A DNA stretch of 64,000 nt from Candidatus Omnitrophota bacterium. GTDB taxonomy: Bacteria > Omnitrophota > Gorgyraeia > Velamenicoccales > JABMQK01. The number at the start of each line of letters is the position of its first letter. The stretch's first letter is position 1. Location of the stretch: NCBI GenBank assembly GCA_028711115.1, contig JAQTSV010000001.1, positions 1,240,928-1,304,927 on the forward strand, read 5' to 3'. The position numbers and the translations under genes are program-made. Of the stretch, positions 9,841 through 17,456 are shown in pieces. The notes under the pieces were generated by a model, which was not told the DNA's origin, did no database searches, and saw nothing but the letters and a program-made list of their open reading frames with translations.

Positions 9841-10623
9841 CTAATAATTAATAATAACCAAAACTTCTTCTAAAGCTGAAAGCCTGACTTTGGGTTTGAC
9901 TACGGCAAAAACAGTCAGGCCGGATTGTTCCTTTGAGATATCGGTGACTGTCCCTATGGGTATTCCCGCCGGAAAACGGGAATTTTCACCGGAGCTGATT
10001 ATTTCATCGCCTCTTTGGATATCATCGTCCAAATCTAAATATTTAAGTTTACACACGCCTTCCAAAGAACCGGAGATTATTCCTATGGCATTGGAACGTT
10101 TCACCTTCGCTGCTATAGAAAAATCAGTATCGCTTATAAGCAGTATGCGGCTGGCGGAATTGCCTACCTCTGCCACCACACCCACCATACCATCGCTGGT
10201 AATCACAGGATTGCCGATTCTGATTTTATAATTTCTGCCTTTGTCTATCACCAAACTCCGCCTGATATTAGAGGCATCGAAAGAGATAACCCGGGCGATA
10301 ACCAAGGCGAACGGAGAACTTTGTTTAAAACCCAATAATTCTCTCAGCCTGCTGTTCTGCGCTGCTGCTTCCTGCAGCTGCATTAAATATAATTTAAGTT
10401 GCTGGTTTTCTTTTTTGAGAAGAGTAGCTTCACCTAAAATCCTGTTGAAATTGACAGCGCTCTCGAAAGGTATAAGGCTTAAGCCCACCAATTTTAAAGG
10501 AAGGCGCGATAAATTAAGTGCTATCTTTTGAGGAAGAGATGAAGTCTGGGGTGATTTTATAAGAAGAAAAGTGACTATTACGAAAACAACAAAAAGAAGG
10601 ATTGTTTTATTCTTATTTGCCAC
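9841..10623 (-). CDS. mreC: Rod shape-determining protein MreC
   Basis: N-terminal TM, a coiled coil (ENQQLKLYLMQLQE), then beta-rich domains (GMVGVVAEV..., IPIGTVTDI). It follows mreB. Confidence 0.85.
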   Translation of the reverse strand: MANKNKTILLFVVFVIVTFLLIKSPQTSSLPQKIALNLSRLPLKLVGLSLIPFESAVNFNRILGEATLLKKENQQLKLYLMQLQEAAAQNSRLRELLGFKQSSPFALVIARVISFDASNIRRSLVIDKGRNYKIRIGNPVITSDGMVGVVAEVGNSASRILLISDTDFSIAAKVKRSNAIGIISGSLEGVCKLKYLDLDDDIQRGDEIISSGENSRFPAGIPIGTVTDISKEQSGLTVFAVVKPKVRLSALEEVLVIINY

Positions 10624-10641
10624 ATTTTAAAGTCTTTGGAA

Positions 10642-11730
10642 TTAAAATTCCCCTTTGGTGGTAACTGTTACGTCCCTGAGGACTTTGCTGTCTAATTCCA
10701 AAATCTTTCCTGTGCCTAAAGCTACTGCTGTGGTAGGATCTTCAGCCACATGTACTGGCAGGCCAGTAGCTTCACTGATTAATTTATCTAAATTTCTTAG
10801 TAATGAGCCTCCGCCTGCCAAGACAATTCCTCTCTCAATCAAATCTGCGGATAATTCCGGCGGTATGCGCTCAAGTGTAATCTTTACCGAATCTACAATT
10901 GCCCTTACAGGTTCTTCCAGCGCCTCTCTTATTTCATCAGAGGTTACGGTTATCATCTTTGGCAGACCCGCAACCAAATCCCTGCCTCTTACTTCCATAG
11001 TCAATTCTTCATCCAAAGCATAGGCAGAGCCGATCTTTATCTTGATATCTTCTGCGGTGCGCTCACCAATCATCAGATTATAATTCTTTTTCAGATATTC
11101 TGTAATTGCCAGGTCCATCTCATCACCGGCAATCCTTATAGAACGGGAAAATACTATTCCTGACAAAGAAATAACTGCGATTTCCGTAGTGCCGCCGCCT
11201 ACATCTATAATCATATTGCCAGCCGGCTCCTGAATCGGCAGGCCTACGCCGATGGCAGCTGCTAAAGGCTCGGAAACCAGATAAACCTCTCTTGCTCCGG
11301 CGCGCATTGCAGAATCCTGCACCGCCCTCTTTTCCACCTCGGTGATTCCTGAAGGTATGGCTATGACCATGCGCGGACTTACCCAGACTCTGCGCTTATG
11401 CACCTTCTTTATGAAATACCTTAACATTGATTCCGTTATGTCAAAATCTGCAATTACGCCGTCTTTCATAGGGCGGATAGCCACAATATTGCCGGGCGTG
11501 CGGCCAAGCATCTTCTTTGCTTCATCGCCTACGGCTAAAACGCGGTTTACAATGCCGCCCTTCTTTATGGCCACAACAGAAGGCTCGCACAAAACCACTC
11601 CATCGCCCTTAACAAACACTAAAGTCGTGGCCGTGCCTAAGTCTATTCCCATATCATTGGAGAACAGACTCGCCAGATAATTCATAAAATTGGTAAAATT
11701 GCCTTTAAAAATATTAAAATTGAATTTCAT
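10642..11730 (-). CDS. mreB: Actin-like rod shape-determining protein MreB
   Basis: [26 protein letters not shown] and [12 protein letters not shown] motifs. The true start may be the internal Met at 11682 ([17 protein letters not shown]). Confidence 0.95.
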   Translation of the reverse strand: MKFNFNIFKGNFTNFMNYLASLFSNDMGIDLGTATTLVFVKGDGVVLCEPSVVAIKKGGIVNRVLAVGDEAKKMLGRTPGNIVAIRPMKDGVIADFDITESMLRYFIKKVHKRRVWVSPRMVIAIPSGITEVEKRAVQDSAMRAGAREVYLVSEPLAAAIGVGLPIQEPAGNMIIDVGGGTTEIAVISLSGIVFSRSIRIAGDEMDLAITEYLKKNYNLMIGERTAEDIKIKIGSAYALDEELTMEVRGRDLVAGLPKMITVTSDEIREALEEPVRAIVDSVKITLERIPPELSADLIERGIVLAGGGSLLRNLDKLISEATGLPVHVAEDPTTAVALGTGKILELDSKVLRDVTVTTKGEF

Positions 11731-11739
11731 AGTAAGAAG

Positions 11740-11768
11740 ATAATAACAAACCTTGCCAAATATGTCAA
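11740..11768 (-). promoter_or_regulatory. Candidate sigma70-type promoter upstream of mreB
   Basis: The minus strand reads TTGACA (11768-11763), a 17-nt spacer, then TATTAT (11745-11740), ending 9 nt before the first ATG of the ORF. This supports use of the internal Met at 11682. Confidence 0.35.
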
Positions 11769-11830
11769 ATGAAATTTATGCAGACACCTAACATAAATAA
11801 TTCAATACAGTTAAGATAGGATTGGTTCTT

Positions 11831-12541
11831 TCACCCTTTTATCTCTCTGCGCGGCAGGAAAATCCTGGAAAGAAGAATGCTCAGTTCATACAAAACTACC
11901 AAAGGTATAGCCATCAACAGCTGAGTGATCACATCCGGAGGCGTAAGCACTGCTGCCACAATGAAGATAATCACAATCACTTCTCTTCTTTTCCTGGACA
12001 ATAATTTAGGCTTAACTATACCCAGCTTCACCAGAAAGATAACCACTAAGGGCAGCTGAAACACCAGGCCGAATATAAAGGTTATCACCCCTAAAAACGA
12101 TATGTAGTTGCTTATGGTTATCATGGGAGTGACTAAATCTGTGGCAAAACCCAGCAAAAACTTCATTCCTATGGGAATAATAATCAAATAACCAAAAGCG
12201 CATCCGGTTACAAATAAAACAAAAGAAAAAAATCCCAGTATCAGCGCATATTTCTTTTCATTATCCTTTAAACCTCCGGAGATAAACTGCCATATTTGAT
12301 ACAGAAGAAAAGGCGAAGACAGGAATAATCCCAGCCAAAATGCTATTTTTATATTGGCTACAAATGCCTCCGATGGCGAGGTGAAAACGAGTTTTCCTAT
12401 GGGTTTGATTAAAACAGGCAGCAATTTATCCACATAACCATAAGCGATAAAGAATGCAGCGGTTATAAAAATGATTGATTTTATAATCCTGGACCTGAGT
12501 TCCTCTAAGTGCTGGATTAAAGTAAGCTTTTTATCTGGCAT
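11831..12541 (-). CDS. tatC: Twin-arginine translocase subunit TatC
   Basis: A 6-TM protein with an N-terminal LTLIQHLEELRSRIIKS and a TatC-like topology. It is adjacent to tatA. Confidence 0.85.
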   Translation of the reverse strand: MPDKKLTLIQHLEELRSRIIKSIIFITAAFFIAYGYVDKLLPVLIKPIGKLVFTSPSEAFVANIKIAFWLGLFLSSPFLLYQIWQFISGGLKDNEKKYALILGFFSFVLFVTGCAFGYLIIIPIGMKFLLGFATDLVTPMITISNYISFLGVITFIFGLVFQLPLVVIFLVKLGIVKPKLLSRKRREVIVIIFIVAAVLTPPDVITQLLMAIPLVVLYELSILLSRIFLPRREIKG

Positions 12542-12546
12542 CGGTT

Positions 12547-12732
12547 TTATTTCTTCTCTTCTTCTTTTTTGCCTGTCTTTTCGGCGTCTTCATTAACGTC
12601 TTTCAAGGCATTCCTGAATTCCCTGACTGCCTTTCCCAAAGCCTTGCCAATTTCCGGAAGTTTGGCCGGGCCGAATAAAAGCAAAACCACCACCAGAATT
12701 ACAACCAGTTCCCCTAAACCTATTTTAAACAT
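12547..12732 (-). CDS. tatA: Twin-arginine translocase subunit TatA/E
   Basis: 61 aa: one TM (LGELVVILVVVLLLFGPAKLPE), then an amphipathic helix and an acidic tail. Confidence 0.8.
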   Translation of the reverse strand: MFKIGLGELVVILVVVLLLFGPAKLPEIGKALGKAVREFRNALKDVNEDAEKTGKKEEEKK

Positions 12733-12776
12733 TTTCTCTGCCTCCGTTTTAAAAGTATTTACCTAAATAATAAATA

Positions 12777-13403
12777 TTATTGCCTTATATTGCCTGTGCT
12801 TTTGCGGACGCTGTCTTTCTTTAAACTGCTCTGTTTATGAAAATCTTTATTTTCTTTGGCGTATGACTTTGCATTCTCTCCTTTATTAGTTTTATTGCAA
12901 TAGGTATTCTGTTTGGTTGCTTGATAAGAACTACTACTTTTTAGTTTCTCCGCCGAGACGCCTTCATTTTTAAGTTTCTCTTTGGCCTGTTCTTTGGTGT
13001 AACCTTGTTGTTTCAAATCTTTTGCTTTATCTTTCAAGGATGCGTCTTTGTTGGGATCTTTGTGCGCAGCACTGGTTAGCTTATTGAGAATTTCCTCTCC
13101 TCCTCCATTAGCATAAGCGTCTTTATAGGCAAACCTCGTCTCATAGGGCAGTGACATAAAGTTTTTATAAATCGCGTTGTACTGCTTTTGCGTAATCGTC
13201 CCGTTTTTAAGCATACCTTCTACACGCTGGCCTAATGAGGCCTGCAGTCCGGTAAATACTTCGTTTATGACTTCGTTGGACACTCCTTCATTGGCCAATG
13301 CCTTGATAGTATCTTCTACTTCGTCGGCATTGACAATAGCATTAAAAAACACTACTGACAGAAAGCAGCTTACCACTACAAATATACTGGCTAATTTTCT
13401 CAT
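12777..13403 (-). CDS. Secreted Lys-rich hypothetical protein
   Basis: Signal-peptide-like N-terminus (MRKLASIFVVVSCFLSVVFFNAIVNA). The C-terminal half is low-complexity and K/S/N-rich. I recognised no family. Confidence 0.45.
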   Translation of the reverse strand: MRKLASIFVVVSCFLSVVFFNAIVNADEVEDTIKALANEGVSNEVINEVFTGLQASLGQRVEGMLKNGTITQKQYNAIYKNFMSLPYETRFAYKDAYANGGGEEILNKLTSAAHKDPNKDASLKDKAKDLKQQGYTKEQAKEKLKNEGVSAEKLKSSSSYQATKQNTYCNKTNKGENAKSYAKENKDFHKQSSLKKDSVRKSTGNIRQ

Positions 13404-13431
13404 TTTGCCCTCTCTTTTTTATTTATCTTAT

Positions 13432-14613
13432 TTAAAATATTTTTATCCTGACCTTTTTTGTCCGCGAGATGCCTCTCTGCAGATTCAGGAGAATCTGGTG
13501 CCTTCTCTGCTTCTCTTCTTTGGGAATATCGTCGCTTAAATTTTGCGCCTTTGTGTGCGGCCGCGGAGAATATTTGAAAATGTAGGCGAAATTAAATTTA
13601 ACTTTATTCATCAAATCCAAAGTATCTTGGAAATCCTCTTCTGTTTCCGTCGGAAACCCCACGATTACATCGGTAGCAATGACTCCATTCGGAATTTTCT
13701 TGTGGAACTCTTTTATAATTTTTAAATATTTTTCTTTTGTGTATTTTCGGTTCATAAGTTTCAGAATCCTATTCGAGCCTGACTGTATGGGAAGATGCAG
13801 GTATTTTAAGATATTTTTCTTTTTTGCCATCAAATCAAAAAGACGAAAGTCTATGTCTTTGGGATGCAATGTAAGAAAACTTAATTCTTTGATACCTTTT
13901 ATACCGCTAATCAAATTTAACAATTCTACAAAATTTATATTTTCCTGCTTCGAACCAAAATCATTTACGTTCTGGCCCAAAAGCGTAACCGAACTTACTC
14001 CGTCTTTTGTTAATTTCTTTATTTCGTCTAAAATATCTTTGGCTGGCCGGCTGCGCTGCAGGCCGCGCACATACGGCACAACGCAATATGAGCAAAAATT
14101 GCTGCAGCCTTCGGAAATATTCACATAGGCGTGTTTTTTATCACGGTGATAAAGATTTTTATAAAAAGATTTGTCGCGCGCGGCAGAATCGATTTCCACA
14201 ATTTTTTTTCGTTTTTCCCGGATTTGTTTTACATAATCATAAATATGCGAAAGATCATTGGGTCCAATAACTAAATCAACGTATGGAGCGCGCTCGATAA
14301 TTTTCTTGCCCAGATTTTTTGCCATGCAGCCAATCACCCCTATTATTTTCTCTGCAGGGTGATTGTCCCCCCTGCTTAAATTTGCTGGCGCAAATTTAGG
14401 GGGGACGGATTTTAGTTTCTTTAACGCTCCCAATTCGGAAAAAACCCTGTCCTCCGCGTGCTGGCGCACCGAGCAGGTATTTAACAAAACCACGTCCGCC
14501 TCTTTCTTATTTTCAGTCAATTTATATCCGTGCGCCAAAAATTGCCCGATTACCAGATCCGAATCGTGGTCATTCATTTGGCAGCCAAAGGTGCGAATAT
14601 AAACTTTTTTCAT
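13432..14613 (-). CDS. miaB: MiaB-type tRNA methylthiotransferase lacking the C-terminal TRAM domain
   Basis: MKKVYIRTFGCQMNDHDS (UPF0004 N-domain), LNTCSVR, and the radical SAM motif EGCSNFCSYCVVPYVRG. I set the start to the ATG at 14611-14613, because the 32-codon upstream extension in the ORF track lies in hairpin DNA. The protein ends right after EEKQRRHQILLNLQ. Confidence 0.8.
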   Translation of the reverse strand: MKKVYIRTFGCQMNDHDSDLVIGQFLAHGYKLTENKKEADVVLLNTCSVRQHAEDRVFSELGALKKLKSVPPKFAPANLSRGDNHPAEKIIGVIGCMAKNLGKKIIERAPYVDLVIGPNDLSHIYDYVKQIREKRKKIVEIDSAARDKSFYKNLYHRDKKHAYVNISEGCSNFCSYCVVPYVRGLQRSRPAKDILDEIKKLTKDGVSSVTLLGQNVNDFGSKQENINFVELLNLISGIKGIKELSFLTLHPKDIDFRLFDLMAKKKNILKYLHLPIQSGSNRILKLMNRKYTKEKYLKIIKEFHKKIPNGVIATDVIVGFPTETEEDFQDTLDLMNKVKFNFAYIFKYSPRPHTKAQNLSDDIPKEEKQRRHQILLNLQRGISRTKKVRIKIF

Positions 14614-14634
14614 AATGCACACCTTTGGCTGCCA
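14579..14634 (-). promoter_or_regulatory. 15-bp perfect stem-loop enclosing the miaB Shine-Dalgarno and start codon
   Basis: 14579-14593 (tggcagccaaaggtg) is the exact reverse complement of 14620-14634 (cacctttggctgcca). In the mRNA, the 5' arm contains AAAGGUG 6 nt before the AUG. The 3' arm is codons 7-12 (RTFGCQ). Confidence 0.6.
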
Positions 14635-14635
14635 T

Positions 14636-14705
14636 GCCGAATTTCTGCGAAGAAAATATCGAGCGATTTTCGCGAGAAATTTTCGAGCGAGCTTTGAAAT
14701 TCGGC
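14636..14705. repeat. Palindromic element (10-bp arms, 50-nt interior) in the miaB leader
   Basis: gccgaatttc (14636-14645) pairs with gaaattcggc (14696-14705). The interior holds repeated cgag/cgaaaat words with further self-complementarity. Confidence 0.6.
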
Positions 14706-14780
14706 GCATAGTTCTCGCCGCTTTGAGTCCGGCGCTACCTTATCATATCTTTTATCTATATATTTTTTACTACCCATAGC

Positions 14781-15815
14781 TCACGCGAGTCTCCGGGGCC
14801 GTTTTTCATTCTGTTCGGGGGCCTGTCCACACCAAAGAACACTTTCCGCTTCAATTCCAGAAGCGGTCCTAAATTTTGGTCTTTCAAAAAGCAAATCAAC
14901 AAAGTATTCCCTAATCTTTTCTGTATTTTTTCCTTCCTTAACAGTGAATAATTGAAACAGCTTATCATCACGCATAATTTTAGAAATCGTTATACGGAAA
15001 TATGATTCTAGCGCCTCAATCAAAAATGGATTACTCGTGATTTGTTTTGTTGGAATAATTTGTCCATGAGCCAGACTTGATCTAATTCCATATATTTTTT
15101 TCATATTGCGGAATATCATTTTTTTTAAGAAAGCATGGTCTTCTCCTAAAAATAAGGATACTCTTTCGCAAACTTGATGGGTTACTTCAAATGCATCAGT
15201 ATTGAATATGCTCTCTAGTGCAGCGGTTGCATTTGTATATCTTTCTAGTACTTGAAATTTTCTCTGAGCAAACTCAAAAAATAAAATTGAAGTTAATAAA
15301 CGATTTGGTTCTCTATTATTAGCTTCAAGTATTTTCTCATAAATCTTATTAGCCTGTTTTAACTCATCAAAACCGACTCTAGCAGTAGTATGTTTTGGAG
15401 TATAAACATATGTCCTATCCCTCATCGAGTATGTATTTTTATCATAATAATAGATACAGATTCTTCCTGAGCTTACTATCGCTTTGGTTAATCTCAATGC
15501 TTGTAAGAATAACCTCAAATCATTGGCTGCCTGCCTGGCTTCTTTAACACAGTTTCGATTATGCCTGGAAATTTCATCATCTTTGACAAACCTAGCTAAA
15601 AAATATGGAGACGGACGAATCTCATTAAGAAAATCATATCCACTTATAAAATCAGATTTTTCTCTTGCCTTGTTAACTATTTTCGTTATTTTTTCACTAT
15701 TTTTAATAATTAATATTTTATCATTTACCCACTTATAATTATTTGCAAAGTTGCGGTCATTGAATTCTGGTAAAGGAGTAAAACAAAAATTAGTAAAGTG
15801 AAATTTTTTAGACAT
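14781..15815 (-). CDS. Hypothetical 344-aa protein with a C-terminal HEPN-like domain (Rx4H motif)
   Basis: KKIYGIRSSLAHGQ: R245-H250 is encoded at 15066-15083 (AGA TCA AGT CTG GCT CAT, verified on the DNA). The context is helical (LLTSILFFEFAQRKF...ATAALESIF). SD AAGGGAGA lies 5-6 nt before the ATG. I do not recognise the N-terminal ~170 aa. Confidence 0.55.
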   Translation of the reverse strand: MSKKFHFTNFCFTPLPEFNDRNFANNYKWVNDKILIIKNSEKITKIVNKAREKSDFISGYDFLNEIRPSPYFLARFVKDDEISRHNRNCVKEARQAANDLRLFLQALRLTKAIVSSGRICIYYYDKNTYSMRDRTYVYTPKHTTARVGFDELKQANKIYEKILEANNREPNRLLTSILFFEFAQRKFQVLERYTNATAALESIFNTDAFEVTHQVCERVSLFLGEDHAFLKKMIFRNMKKIYGIRSSLAHGQIIPTKQITSNPFLIEALESYFRITISKIMRDDKLFQLFTVKEGKNTEKIREYFVDLLFERPKFRTASGIEAESVLWCGQAPEQNEKRPRRLA

Positions 15816-15850
15816 ATCTTTCTCCCTTAAAATAATCAGCAGATCTACTA

Positions 15851-16390
15851 TTAGTCTGGCTTGACCTGTTTATAAGGCAATAGACGTTTGATATCTGTTA
15901 AGCAAGAAGAAATCATATTGGCTTTTACTTCCCAATCGTTAAATTCTTCTTCGGTTATGGGCTTCCCGTCCTTCCAATCGGTAAAACCGATACCTTCTTC
16001 AATCGGCCTAGCCAATGCCTCGTCTGACACATCTACTATTGAATGCGATAATTGATTTCTAAATTCGAGTATTTTTTTAAATGTAGAAAACACTTCTTTG
16101 TGTTTTTTCCAATAGCGCGGATAATCCAATTGTACTATTTTCATCAGCACGTCTTTCTTTCTATTAAGAGTAAAGAAACCTCTCGTGACGATGTCGTCAT
16201 AGAAGATTTTTCTTTTGCCAAGATCGAAAGTGCAAAAATAATCAGTTAAAATGTGCGCGATATCGTGTTCAATACACGCAACGGAATTAAGGAAACGACC
16301 TCGATAATAACGTGCCTTTTCGTGGATTAATTTAGCCGCTTGAATTTTCTTTTGTTCCTCCACTATTCCTCTCTTTATATTACTTAACAT
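15851..16390 (-). CDS. Hypothetical 179-aa HEPN-like protein (RNxxxH motif)
   Basis: KKILEFRNQLSHS: R111-H116 is encoded at 16043-16060 (AGA AAT CAA TTA TCG CAT, verified on the DNA). The sequence around it is all-helical-looking (ACIEHDIAHILTDYF). I see no obvious SD. Confidence 0.55.
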   Translation of the reverse strand: MLSNIKRGIVEEQKKIQAAKLIHEKARYYRGRFLNSVACIEHDIAHILTDYFCTFDLGKRKIFYDDIVTRGFFTLNRKKDVLMKIVQLDYPRYWKKHKEVFSTFKKILEFRNQLSHSIVDVSDEALARPIEEGIGFTDWKDGKPITEEEFNDWEVKANMISSCLTDIKRLLPYKQVKPD

Positions 16391-16481
16391 TGCTACACAT
16401 TATACAGCATTTGATAAAATCTTAATTTTAAGGATATCTTGATACAACCTCCTCACCCAAGACATTTATCCCCTTAATCAA

Positions 16482-17246
16482 TCAAGCAGAAACAATACTA
16501 TTTATCTCTATCTCTGCGGGTGTTTTATTATTCCACCCAAAATCATCCTTCAAAACATCCAGTAGAATGGAATAACGATGAAATACTAATTGCCATCTTA
16601 ACCTAGAATATGCAAACAAAAATCCATTAATTAAAAGTATCCAAAAGATAATGAACAACCAATATCCACAATTTAACCAGAGGGTTCCATGTCCAAAAAT
16701 AGCAAGCTCACAAGAACATCCGCTGACAGAAACTATCACTAACCAAGATATGCAGGCGAAAAATGTAGCAATAATTATCGCACCTAAACTATGCATGTGA
16801 TCATGATATGTCTGAGTTCTTTCTTCCGCTCCTAAGATTTTTTTATTTATCAATCTACGTTGACTCCACAAAACAGTATCAATCATTAAAGAAATTCGTC
16901 TGTCGCCAGTATATATTTCTCCAGCTGTCAAATTCTTCCTATTCATTATTACTTTTAAATAACTTTTATCTACAGCGTCAAAAACTAATTTTCGCAAGTC
17001 AAGAACCTTAAATGAATAAAAAAAATGGTAAATGTTACAAAAAAAAGCGCCAAGTCCACCGCTAAGAATAAATCCTGTTAAAATAATGCTTAACATATTC
17101 TTTTTGCTAATGTAACCCAGGAAGATTTTGAAACTATTTAATACATTAGAATCGAACAACGAGAAAAGAACTAAAAATGAAATTACTTCAATAAAATAGA
17201 TGAAAGCAGGTATAACATATCTTAAAAACTTTCGGTTATCTTCCAT
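16482..17246 (-). CDS. Hypothetical integral membrane protein (about 4 TM, central ~75-aa soluble loop)
   Basis: Hydrophobic segments at roughly residues 10-31, 51-77, 154-176 and 189-213. Strong SD AGGAGG 6 nt before the ATG. I recognised no family. Confidence 0.6.
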   Translation of the reverse strand: MEDNRKFLRYVIPAFIYFIEVISFLVLFSLFDSNVLNSFKIFLGYISKKNMLSIILTGFILSGGLGAFFCNIYHFFYSFKVLDLRKLVFDAVDKSYLKVIMNRKNLTAGEIYTGDRRISLMIDTVLWSQRRLINKKILGAEERTQTYHDHMHSLGAIIIATFFACISWLVIVSVSGCSCELAIFGHGTLWLNCGYWLFIIFWILLINGFLFAYSRLRWQLVFHRYSILLDVLKDDFGWNNKTPAEIEINSIVSA

Positions 17247-17316
17247 AATAATCCTCCTGTGTTAATTTTATTATCCCAAACCACTTAACCCTTTGAATAT
17301 TCCCCAAAATCATCCC

Positions 17317-17425
17317 TACAGATTTTTCAGCTTACGCTTCAAAATCTATACATAGAGACAAGTCTCTCGGTACCCTTCGACTCGCTTTGCTCGCTCAGGG
17401 CAGGCTTGCACCCTCGGCGAAACCA
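17317..17425. repeat. GC-rich structured intergenic element
   Basis: Hairpin agatttt-[tcagcttacgcttc]-aaaatct (17320-17347). Small palindrome gagacaagtctc (17355-17366). Then a GC-rich tract, cccttcgactcgctttgctcgctcagggcaggcttgcaccctcggcg. Confidence 0.5.
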
Positions 17426-17456
17426 TAAGTTTTGATAAGAAAATTATTATCTTCTC

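Noticed and set aside
14614-14709. A 32-codon N-terminal extension of miaB in the ORF track (MRRISKLARKFLAKIARYFLRR...).
   Set aside because: It is encoded by palindromic or hairpin DNA. A canonical MiaB N-terminus (MKKVYIRTFGCQMN) with an SD begins at 14613.
14756-14971. A 71-aa minus-strand ORF overlapping the 3' end of the large HEPN-like gene.
   Set aside because: It is in a different frame of the same region with no motifs. It is probably an artefact of the GC-rich junction sequence.
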